From Mycobacteriales bacterium (GTDB taxonomy: Bacteria; Actinomycetota; Actinomycetes; Mycobacteriales; SCTD01): a stretch of 64,000 bases of DNA. The position numbers were made by a program, and so were the translations under genes. Of this stretch, positions 48,341-56,293 are shown in pieces; the first letter of the stretch is position 1; each line of letters starts with the position of its first letter. The notes beneath the pieces were generated by a model, which saw only the letters and a program-made list of their open reading frames with translations, made no database searches and was not told where the DNA came from. The DNA lies in the NCBI GenBank assembly GCA_035540755.1, contig DATLGD010000164.1:12-64011 (forward strand). The letters run 5' to 3'.

Positions 48341-49272
48341 GAGGTGACCAGGGCCTTGACGAAGCCCTCCGGCCGCTCGGCGGCGGCATCCATCGCCGCC
48401 TTCAGGTCCTCCAGCGGGAAGGCGTGCGTGTAGAGCGGCCGCGGGTCGAGCCGGCCGGACGCGACGGCGTCGACAGCTGCGCGGATCCCCCGCAGCTGCA
48501 CCTCGGGGTCGCGCTCGTGGGCGTTGACGACGTCGATCCCGCGCCAGTTCCACAGCTGGACGTTCACCGACCGCAGGCCGTCCTGGTGGAATCCGGCGAT
48601 GACCAGCCGGCCGCCGAAGCCGGTGAGCTCTCCGGACAGGTCGAGCGGCCAGGGCGCGCCGGTTCCCTCGACCACCCGCTCGCAGAACGTCCCTCCGGTC
48701 AGGCCGGCGACCTCGTCGATCACGCGCGCGTGGTCGTCCATGAGGACCGTCTCGGCGGCCCCCATCTGCCGGGCCACCTGCAGGGCCGACTCCTTCCGAG
48801 CGACCGCGACGACGCGGCAGCCGGCCGCCGCGGCCAGGGCCACGAGCAGCGCGCCGAGGAAGCCCACGCCGACCACCGCGACGGTCTGCCCCGGCTCGAA
48901 GCCGCTGCGCCGGGCGGCGTTGAACGCGCAGCCGATCGCCTCGCCGGGGAACGGCTGGCCGTCCAGCTCGGGCGGCAGCGGGACGAGCCGGTCCGCCGGC
49001 ACCACCAGCTCGTCGGTGAAGGCGTCCTCGGCCAGCAGCGCGACGCGCGTGCCTTCGCCGCGCCCCTCCACGACCCGACCCCAGGCCTCGTGGCCGGGGT
49101 TGCCCGGCCGCAGCGGGTAGTCGAACCACGGTCGCCCCTCCCAGGCGGGCAGGTTCGAGCCGCAAACGCCGCAGCCCTCGACCGCGACCCGGACGCTGCC
49201 GGGGACCAGCGGCGGTGAGGCGCCCTGCACCAGCTCGACGGACCCGGGGCTCGTCACCACCGCGCTGCGCAC
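48337..49272 (-). CDS. Zinc-type medium-chain alcohol/polyol dehydrogenase
   Basis: 311 aa with CGVCGSNL, GHEAWGRV and the NAD-binding motif VAVVGVGFLGALLV. Confidence 0.85.
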   Translation of the reverse strand: MRSAVVTSPGSVELVQGASPPLVPGSVRVAVEGCGVCGSNLPAWEGRPWFDYPLRPGNPGHEAWGRVVEGRGEGTRVALLAEDAFTDELVVPADRLVPLPPELDGQPFPGEAIGCAFNAARRSGFEPGQTVAVVGVGFLGALLVALAAAAGCRVVAVARKESALQVARQMGAAETVLMDDHARVIDEVAGLTGGTFCERVVEGTGAPWPLDLSGELTGFGGRLVIAGFHQDGLRSVNVQLWNWRGIDVVNAHERDPEVQLRGIRAAVDAVASGRLDPRPLYTHAFPLEDLKAAMDAAAERPEGFVKALVTS

Positions 49273-49280
49273 GACCGCGC

Positions 49281-50318
49281 TCAGCCCGCTCTCGACGCCG
49301 CGACCCGCGCGCCCGAGGACGCCAGCCAGTCGTGCAGCAGCTTCACGCCCTCCTCGGGCGAGGTCTTCGGCGCCCAGCCAGTGGCCTCGGCGAAGCGGCG
49401 GGTGTCGGAGACGTAGTAGCGCTGGTCACCGACGCGCCAGTCGCCGAAGCGGACCTCCGGAGCCGGGCCTAGCGTCCCGATGAGCTCCAGCAGCTCGAGC
49501 AGGCTGACCGTGCTCTGCGGGCCGCCACCCATGTTGAAGGCCTGTCCCCGGAGGTCGTCGGCGGCGCCGATCGCGAGCTCCATCGCGTCGAGCAGGTCGT
49601 CGACGTAGAGCACGTCGCGGACCTGCCGGCCGTCGCCGTACAGCGTGATCGGGGCGCGGTCGCGGGCCTGCAGGAGGAAGTGCGCGACCCAGCCCTGGTC
49701 CTCGTTGCCCTGCTGGTGCGGCCCGTAGATGCAGCTCATCCGGAAGACGACGTGCGGCATCCCGTAGGTCTGCGCGTAGTCCAGGACGTACTGGTCCGCC
49801 CCGCCCTTGGAGCAGCCGTACGGGCTGGCGAACTGCAGCGGCCAGTGCTCGCCGATGCCGTGCTCGCGCACCTGCTCGTCGACCGGCTCGTACCGCCCGC
49901 CCCGCTGCTCGACCCGCAACCCGGCGAGCTTGCCGTAGACCTTGTTGGTGGAGGTGAACAGCAGCGGCGGTGGGTCGCTGCGACGGCGCAGCTCCTCGAG
50001 CAGCGCGATCGTGCCGCCGAGGTTGACCGAGTAGTCGTGCACCGGCTCGGTCACCGACGTCGTCACCGCGACCTGCGCGGCGAAGTGGAAGACCCGGTCG
50101 GCCTTCCGGGCGGCGGTGCGGACGTCGTCGGCGCTGCGGACGTCGCCGCGCACGACCTCGAGGCGGTCGGGATGGGTGTGCTCCAGCCACTGCAGGTTGG
50201 TCCGGACACCGGGGCGCGACAGGTCGTCGAGCACGACCACCCGCTCCCCCGCCTGCAGCAGGCGGGCCGCGAGGTTGGTCCCGACGAAGCCGGCTCCTCC
50301 GGTGACGAGGGAGGTCAT
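49281..50318 (-). CDS. NAD-dependent SDR epimerase/dehydratase (CDP-paratose 2-epimerase / UDP-hexose 4-epimerase-like)
   Basis: 345 aa from the ATG at 50318: LVTGGAGFVGTNL, SPYGCSKGGADQY (YxxxK), QGWVAHF. Only the C-terminal third of the 1067-aa track ORF is real. Confidence 0.85.
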   Translation of the reverse strand: MTSLVTGGAGFVGTNLAARLLQAGERVVVLDDLSRPGVRTNLQWLEHTHPDRLEVVRGDVRSADDVRTAARKADRVFHFAAQVAVTTSVTEPVHDYSVNLGGTIALLEELRRRSDPPPLLFTSTNKVYGKLAGLRVEQRGGRYEPVDEQVREHGIGEHWPLQFASPYGCSKGGADQYVLDYAQTYGMPHVVFRMSCIYGPHQQGNEDQGWVAHFLLQARDRAPITLYGDGRQVRDVLYVDDLLDAMELAIGAADDLRGQAFNMGGGPQSTVSLLELLELIGTLGPAPEVRFGDWRVGDQRYYVSDTRRFAEATGWAPKTSPEEGVKLLHDWLASSGARVAASRAG

Positions 50319-51433
50319 ACGGCGAGCCCGCGCCGGGCCAGCTCGGCGGTCGCGGCATCGACGCCGTCCACCGCCACCTGCCCCTCGAGCCACTCGGCCA
50401 GCTCGGTCAGGCCCTTCTCCAGCGTCACCTGGGGCACGTACCCGAGCACCTGCCCGGCGCGCGAGACGTCGGCGAAGCAGTGCCGGATGTCGCCGACGCG
50501 GAACGTCCCGGTGGCCTCCGGGGTGATGTCGGTCCGGTCGAGGATCTGCGCCAGCGAGGTGGCGATCTCGTTGACCGTGATGCTCTGGCCGCTGCCGACG
50601 TTGAGCACCTCCCCGGCCGCCGCCTCGCCCGCGGACAGGGCGAGGGCGCAGGCCCGGGCCACGTCGTGCACGCTGACGAAGTCGCGCTGCTGCGCGCCGT
50701 CCTCGAAGATCAGCGGCGGGCGGCCGTTGAGCAGCCGCGAGGCGAAGATCGCCAGCACGCCGGTGTAGGGGTTCGACAGGGCCTGGTAGGGCCCGTAGGC
50801 GTTGAAGAAGCGCAGCGCGACGGTCGGGACCTTGTACGCCTCGCCGAACATCAGGCAGAGCCGCTCCTGGTCGTACTTGCCCAGGGCGTAGACGCTGGAC
50901 AGCGTCGGCGGCTTGTCCTCCGCGGTAGGCACCGGGGTCAGGGCCTGCCCCTGCGGCCCCACCGGCTCCCAGCGCCCGGCCTCGAGGTCGCTGCGCCGGC
51001 GCATCACGGCGGGCACCGGGTCGCCGACGGCGTCGACGTAGCGGCCCTCGCCGTACACGCTCATGCTGGACGCCACGAGCAGCTGCTCCACCGGCGTCTC
51101 GGCCAGCGCCTCGAGCAGCACGCCGGTGCCGACGCCGTTGACCGAGGTGTACTCGGCGATCTCGTACATGCTCTGGCCGACGCCGACCCGGGCCGCCAGG
51201 TGCGCCACCCGGTCCGCGCCCGCGAGGGCGCGGCGGACGGCCTCGGGGTCGCGGACGTCGCCGACCACCAGCTCGACGTCGTCCGGGAGGTAGCCCGGCC
51301 GCTCGCCGGAGGGGTGGACCTGAGGGTGGAGCACGTCGAGCACCCGGACCCGGTCCCCGGCCTCCAGCAGCTCGCGGGCGAGGTGAGCGCCGATGAAGCC
51401 GGCGCCGCCGGTGATGAGGACGGTGCGGGACAT
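50315..51433 (-). CDS. NAD-dependent SDR epimerase/dehydratase
   Basis: 372 aa: [25 protein letters not shown] (YxxxK), RFFNAYGP. It carries an insertion relative to GalE-type enzymes. It is the first gene of the minus-strand operon. Confidence 0.85.
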   Translation of the reverse strand: MSRTVLITGGAGFIGAHLARELLEAGDRVRVLDVLHPQVHPSGERPGYLPDDVELVVGDVRDPEAVRRALAGADRVAHLAARVGVGQSMYEIAEYTSVNGVGTGVLLEALAETPVEQLLVASSMSVYGEGRYVDAVGDPVPAVMRRRSDLEAGRWEPVGPQGQALTPVPTAEDKPPTLSSVYALGKYDQERLCLMFGEAYKVPTVALRFFNAYGPYQALSNPYTGVLAIFASRLLNGRPPLIFEDGAQQRDFVSVHDVARACALALSAGEAAAGEVLNVGSGQSITVNEIATSLAQILDRTDITPEATGTFRVGDIRHCFADVSRAGQVLGYVPQVTLEKGLTELAEWLEGQVAVDGVDAATAELARRGLAV

Positions 51434-51554
51434 GCGTTCTCTCTTCGCTCGGCGAACGGCTGATCCTCAGATCTGGTCCATCTCCGGACAACCTAAACGA
51501 GATGCTGCTGATGCTGCTGACGTCGATCCGCGGCGCGTCGGCCATAGTGTGCCG

Positions 51555-52511
51555 ATGACGAAGAGGACCGTGGTGACGGGCGGCGCCGGCTTCCTGGGGT
51601 CGCACCTGTGCGAGCAGCTGCTGCAGCGGGACCACGAGGTGGTGGCCCTCGACAACTTCCTGACCGGCTCGGCGGCCAACGTCGAGCACCTGATGGAGGA
51701 CGACCGCTTCCGGCTGATCAAGGCCGACGTCACCGACTACGTGCACGTTCCGGGGCCGGTGGACGACGTCCTGCACTTCGCCAGCCCTGCCTCGCCGGTC
51801 GACTACCTCGAGCTGCCGATCGAGACGATGAAGGTCGGCTCGATCGGCACGCTGCACGCCCTCGGCCTGGCCAAGGAGAAGGGCGCCCGCTTCCTGCTCG
51901 CCTCCACCTCCGAGACCTACGGGGACCCGCAGGTCCACCCCCAGCCCGAGGACTACTGGGGGCACGTGAACCCGGTGGGCCCCCGAGGGGTGTACGACGA
52001 GGCGAAGCGGTTCGCCGAGGCCCTGACGATGGCCTACCGGCGCACCCACGACGTCGACACGGCGATCGTGCGGATCTTCAACACCTACGGCCCCCGGATG
52101 CGGCCCAACGACGGACGGGCCATCCCGACCTTTATCCGCCAGGCGCTGGCCGACGAGCCGATCACGGTCGCCGGCGACGGCACCCAGACCCGCAGCGTCT
52201 GCTACGTGGACGACCTGGTCACCGGCCTGCTGGCGCTGCTGGAGTCCGACCTGGCTGGGCCGGTCAACATCGGCAACCCGCAGGAGCTGTCGATGCTCGA
52301 GCTGGCGACGCGCATCGTCGACCTCACCGGCTCCTCGAGCCCGATCACCTTCGTCGAGCGGCCGGTCGACGACCCGAGCGTGCGCCGGCCCGACATCCGG
52401 CTGGCCCGGAACGCGCTGGGCTGGGAGCCGACCGTCGACCTCGACGCCGGCCTGCGGCAGACGATCGCCTGGTTCGAGCGGCACGAGGCGCTGCAGCGCG
52501 ACGTCGCCTGA
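51555..52511 (+). CDS. uxs: UDP-glucuronate decarboxylase (UDP-xylose synthase)
   Basis: 318 aa from the ATG at 51555: [90 protein letters not shown]. It is divergent from the glycosyltransferase operon. Confidence 0.88.
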   Translation: MTKRTVVTGGAGFLGSHLCEQLLQRDHEVVALDNFLTGSAANVEHLMEDDRFRLIKADVTDYVHVPGPVDDVLHFASPASPVDYLELPIETMKVGSIGTLHALGLAKEKGARFLLASTSETYGDPQVHPQPEDYWGHVNPVGPRGVYDEAKRFAEALTMAYRRTHDVDTAIVRIFNTYGPRMRPNDGRAIPTFIRQALADEPITVAGDGTQTRSVCYVDDLVTGLLALLESDLAGPVNIGNPQELSMLELATRIVDLTGSSSPITFVERPVDDPSVRRPDIRLARNALGWEPTVDLDAGLRQTIAWFERHEALQRDVA

Positions 52512-52527
52512 GCCGGCCGGCCGGTGC

Positions 52528-53910
52528 TCAGCGCAGCTCGGTCCAGCCGGACCACGCCGTGCCGGCCCCGGTCGCCCGGTAGAGCTTGCCGTCGGTGCCG
52601 TGCACCACGACGTCGGCGCGGTCGCTGCCGGTCGTGGCCGCGACGCTGGGCGCCGACGACAGGGCGCCGCCGAGGGCCGTCCAGCCGGCGTCGCCGGTCG
52701 GTCGCATCCGCTGGACGTAGGTGCGGTCGTCCGGCCCGCGCACGGCCAGGACGGGCCCGCTCGCGGACGGAGCCAGCCCCACGTCGCCCTTGGCCGCGCC
52801 GCCCAGGCGCGACCACGGCGTCCAGGTGCTGCCGGCGCGGGTGCGCCGCCAGGGGCCGCCGTCGGTGCCGAGCACGACCACCTCGAGCACCTCGGGGCCG
52901 GAGCGCACCAGGCCGGGGCCGGATGCCTCGAGGACGCCGCCGCCGGCGCTCGCCCAGCCGCCCTGCTTCAGGCCGGCGTCGAAGGACGTCAGCCAGGTCC
53001 TGCCGTCGGCGCCGCGCACGGCGACGTCGAACCCGCCGGCGAGGTCGGAGGCCACGGCGGGTCGGGTCGACAGCAGACCGCCGCCGGGCAGCCAGCCGGT
53101 CCAGGCCTTGCCGGGCGGCCTGGTGTTCACCCAGAGCGCGTCGTCGGTGCCGCGGCCGGCCGCCACCAGCGTGCCGTCGGTGAGGACCGCGGTGCCGAGG
53201 CCGCCGACCACGGAGCCGCCCAGCCCGGTGGCCGTGCCGAACCCGCCGCCGGGGCGCCAGGTGCGCTGGGTGCCGGACCCGGCAGTGCTGCGCAGCACCA
53301 GGGAGAGCCCGTCGCCGTCGATCGCCAGCCCCGGCGTCGGTGCCGACGTGCGCAGCCACCAGCTGGTGCTCTGCCGGGCGCCGCTCCAGCTGAGCGAGAA
53401 GTGCACGTGGTCGACGTGCGGGTTGCTGCCCGTGTACGGGCTCCACCCGGGGTTGGTGCCGTAGGCCTTGAAGACCTGCTTGTTCCAGATGATGTACATG
53501 ATGCCGAGCCGGCGCGCCCTGGCGTGCGCGTTGCCGTTGTCGTCGGGCTCGGTGAGCCAGGCGAGCAGCTCGTCGGCCGCCGCCTTCTCCTCCGGCTTGT
53601 CCGCGTGGACCGGCCAGTCCCAGGCCCGGCCGTCCTTGTGCTCGCTGGTGCCGCCCGAGGCGCAGTCGCGCAGCAGGTACCCCTTGCGGAACGCCGGGTA
53701 GGCCGAGGTGACGAGCTCCTGCAGGGCGACGACGCCCGGGGTGGGCACGGCGGCGCAGCGGGTCTGGCCGTCGTAGCGGGCGTAGGGGTCGACGGTCGCG
53801 GTGCTGAAGGTGGGCGTGGCCGGCGGCGCGGCCAGCGCGGTCCCGCCGACGAGCAGGGCGGCGGCGAGGGCCACAGGCAGCAGGGCACGACGGGTGGAAC
53901 GGCGGGGCAT
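52528..53910 (-). CDS. Secreted LAS/M15-type metallopeptidase-like domain fused to a C-terminal Trp-rich beta-propeller repeat domain
   Basis: Signal peptide MPRRSTRRALLPVALAAALLVGGTALAAP. The N-domain has SEHKDGRAWDW (SxHxxGxAxD) and NPHVDHVHFS (HxH-containing), typical of VanY/M15 peptidases. The C-terminal ~280 aa carry 5-6 repeats of about 47 aa (WTGWLPGGG, WTPWSRLGG, GWTALGG ... VVVHGTDGKLY) and end in WSGWTELR. Confidence 0.7.
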   Translation of the reverse strand: MPRRSTRRALLPVALAAALLVGGTALAAPPATPTFSTATVDPYARYDGQTRCAAVPTPGVVALQELVTSAYPAFRKGYLLRDCASGGTSEHKDGRAWDWPVHADKPEEKAAADELLAWLTEPDDNGNAHARARRLGIMYIIWNKQVFKAYGTNPGWSPYTGSNPHVDHVHFSLSWSGARQSTSWWLRTSAPTPGLAIDGDGLSLVLRSTAGSGTQRTWRPGGGFGTATGLGGSVVGGLGTAVLTDGTLVAAGRGTDDALWVNTRPPGKAWTGWLPGGGLLSTRPAVASDLAGGFDVAVRGADGRTWLTSFDAGLKQGGWASAGGGVLEASGPGLVRSGPEVLEVVVLGTDGGPWRRTRAGSTWTPWSRLGGAAKGDVGLAPSASGPVLAVRGPDDRTYVQRMRPTGDAGWTALGGALSSAPSVAATTGSDRADVVVHGTDGKLYRATGAGTAWSGWTELR

Positions 53911-54023
53911 GGGATCTCTTCCACGTCAGGGCGCGTCCGGAGGCGGACGGCTCTCGGTGCGGCTCTGCGGGAGCCGGTCTGTCTCTGCAGGTCTCGACCA
54001 GGTCCGGCCGGCCCTGTAGGCCG

Positions 54024-56216
54024 TCAGCTCAGGCGTCTCCATCCGCTCCAGGGACCGGTCGTCCGGGAGGTGACGTAGAAGGCTCCGTCCAGGCCGACCG
54101 CGAAGGCGTCGACGCGACCGCCGCCGAGGGCCGCCGCAGCCGCGGGAGCGCCCAGCAGCTGTCCTCCGAGGGTGCTCCACGACGCGCTGTCGGTGCGGGT
54201 CCAGCCCGCGAGATCGGGCCCGCGGCCGGTGACGACCAGCTCACCACCGGGGCTCGCTGCGCCGACGCCGCCGGCGAGGCCGCCGCCCAGCGGCTGCCAC
54301 GCCTTCCAGCCGCCGTCGTAGGAGCGCCGCCAGGCGCGGTTGTCGGTGCCCTGGACGACGACGTCGAGCCGGCCGGCGCTGACCTGCGCCACCGCGGGGC
54401 CCGTGCCGTTCGCGGCGGTGCCGCCCAGGGCGTACCACCCCGACCAGACGCCCGGCCTCGGGGAGTGCCTGTGCCACAGCTGCCGGTCGGGTCCGACGAC
54501 GACCACGTGCATCCCGTCGCCGTACGCGGCCGCTGCGGGACGGCCGGCCAGCTTCCCGCCGAGCGGCTGCCAGCCGGTCCACGACGACGAGTCCGGCGCC
54601 CGGCGGTTGGTCCAGAGCTGGTCGTCGGTACCCCAGGCGAAGACCTCCCGCCAGCCGGACGTGCGGCCGGCGACGGCCGGGCCGCCCCGGGAGGCCCCGC
54701 CCAGCGAGGTCGTCGCGCTCACCGCGCTCCCCCCGGCCCACCTGCCGACCGCGACGCTGCCGTCCGGCCGGCGCCATGCCAGCTCGACGGCGCCGCCTGG
54801 AGCCGCCCAGGCTCCGGTCAGGTCGGTCTGCGGCGGCAGCCGCAGCGACCACCAGCTCGACCGGATGCCGTCGGACCGCCCGCTGCCGTAGGCGTAGGCG
54901 TTGCGGATGCCGTCGCCGGTGGTGCGCACCGACGTGGTGGCGCCGTTGGCGGCGGTGCCGCGCAGCTCGACGTCGAGCACCCGGCCGCCCCACTCGCCGT
55001 TGCCGTCGCGCCGGTGCACCACCACGGCGGTGAGCCGGCCGACCGCTGGGAAGGCCGACTGCAGCGCAGACACCGGCAGCCTGCCGCTCCAGCGGTGGTG
55101 CGGGTTGTTCCCGAGACCGTCCCAGCCGTCCTGCTGCGCCGGCAGCCACGACTGGCCCCCGGCGACCGTCCAGCCGCCGTTGCTCGAGCTGAACTCGGCC
55201 CGGATCGGCTCCCCGCCCGAGGTGCGGACCAGATGGGCAGTGCTGCGGATGGCCGCATCGGTGCTCGCGACCTCGACGGACGTCGTCGTGCCCCGGTCGG
55301 TGATGGTCATGCCCGCGTAGACCTGGCAGTAGGTGCTGTCGCAGATGTCCCATACCGAGCCGGCGGGCCGGCTCCGGCGGTAGTTCTCGGCGTAGGAGCG
55401 GGCCGCCACCGCCTGGGCCTCGAGCGCGGCCGGGCGCCAGCTGGTGATCGCCTCCCGGGGCACCACGGCGCGCAGGTACTCCTCGCGCGGCACGTGGTTG
55501 ATCCGGGCCATGGTCGTCGGGGAGGTGCGGACCGCGGCCAGGCTCCCCCGGTACTGGCGGTTGCTCCCGTCCTCGTACTGCACCCGCAGCACGGAGGCCG
55601 AAGGCCGCCACAGCTCGACCTGCGTCGCATGCACGTAGATGCCGCCGAGCGGGTACGCACGCCAGCGCAGTCCGGCCCAGGCCTCGAGGACCAGGCCCTC
55701 GGGGTCGTTGCGGACCCGCCAGCTCTCCACCCGGGCGCCCTCGACGGACTCGGGCAGGGCGGTGTCCGTCCCGGACCTCGAGCGCGCCCACAGGCCCGGC
55801 TGCACCAGCACCTCGAGCTCGCAGAACCGGGCGCCGCTGCTGTCGCACTCGTACCGCCGGTCGGTGCTCGCCGAGCCGCCGGGCAGCCGACCCTCCCTGC
55901 CCTCGCGGGTCAGCACGACCCGCACGGGCGCCCCCGACGGCCAGGCCGTCGAGGCGGTGCCGCGGTAGTAGGCGCTGAGGATCGTCGCCGACGACACGCC
56001 CTGCAGGGCGGCACCCTGCATGCCGTACTGCGACATGCCCCGGCCGTGGCCGAAGCCGCGGCCGTCGACCTCGAAGACGCCGCTGGACGGCACGGGGTAG
56101 ATCTCGGCGGCGACGGCAGACGGCGCGACGAGGGCGAGGCCGCTGGCGGCGACGACGGTCGCCAGCCCGGCGACGGACGCCCGCCGGAGCGCGGTGCGAA
56201 GAGCAGTGGTGGGCAT
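54024..56216 (-). CDS. Secreted SpoIID/LytB-domain protein fused to a C-terminal Trp-rich beta-propeller repeat domain
   Basis: 730 aa from the ATG at 56216, preceded by a GGAGGA SD. Signal peptide ...LATVVAASGLALVAPSAVAAE. SpoIID signature GRGFGHGRGMSQYGMQGAA and a later YCQVYAG. The C-terminal repeats include WTGWQPLGG, WSGWYALGG, WKAWQPLGG, WSTLGG and end in WSGWRRLS. Confidence 0.75.
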   Translation of the reverse strand: MPTTALRTALRRASVAGLATVVAASGLALVAPSAVAAEIYPVPSSGVFEVDGRGFGHGRGMSQYGMQGAALQGVSSATILSAYYRGTASTAWPSGAPVRVVLTREGREGRLPGGSASTDRRYECDSSGARFCELEVLVQPGLWARSRSGTDTALPESVEGARVESWRVRNDPEGLVLEAWAGLRWRAYPLGGIYVHATQVELWRPSASVLRVQYEDGSNRQYRGSLAAVRTSPTTMARINHVPREEYLRAVVPREAITSWRPAALEAQAVAARSYAENYRRSRPAGSVWDICDSTYCQVYAGMTITDRGTTTSVEVASTDAAIRSTAHLVRTSGGEPIRAEFSSSNGGWTVAGGQSWLPAQQDGWDGLGNNPHHRWSGRLPVSALQSAFPAVGRLTAVVVHRRDGNGEWGGRVLDVELRGTAANGATTSVRTTGDGIRNAYAYGSGRSDGIRSSWWSLRLPPQTDLTGAWAAPGGAVELAWRRPDGSVAVGRWAGGSAVSATTSLGGASRGGPAVAGRTSGWREVFAWGTDDQLWTNRRAPDSSSWTGWQPLGGKLAGRPAAAAYGDGMHVVVVGPDRQLWHRHSPRPGVWSGWYALGGTAANGTGPAVAQVSAGRLDVVVQGTDNRAWRRSYDGGWKAWQPLGGGLAGGVGAASPGGELVVTGRGPDLAGWTRTDSASWSTLGGQLLGAPAAAAALGGGRVDAFAVGLDGAFYVTSRTTGPWSGWRRLS

Positions 56217-56293
56217 CTGTGGTCCTCCGGTCGTGCGGACCGCAGGGGGTCCGGTTTGCGTCGGGCGGCACGTGGCCGCCGGGGGGTGGGCCG

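Noticed and set aside
49281-52484. 1067-aa minus-strand ORF suggesting a giant multidomain protein
   Set aside because: Only the last 345 aa (from the ATG at 50318) form a coherent SDR epimerase. The upstream two-thirds is out of frame over the second epimerase and antisense to uxs, and has low-complexity Arg/Gly/Pro composition.
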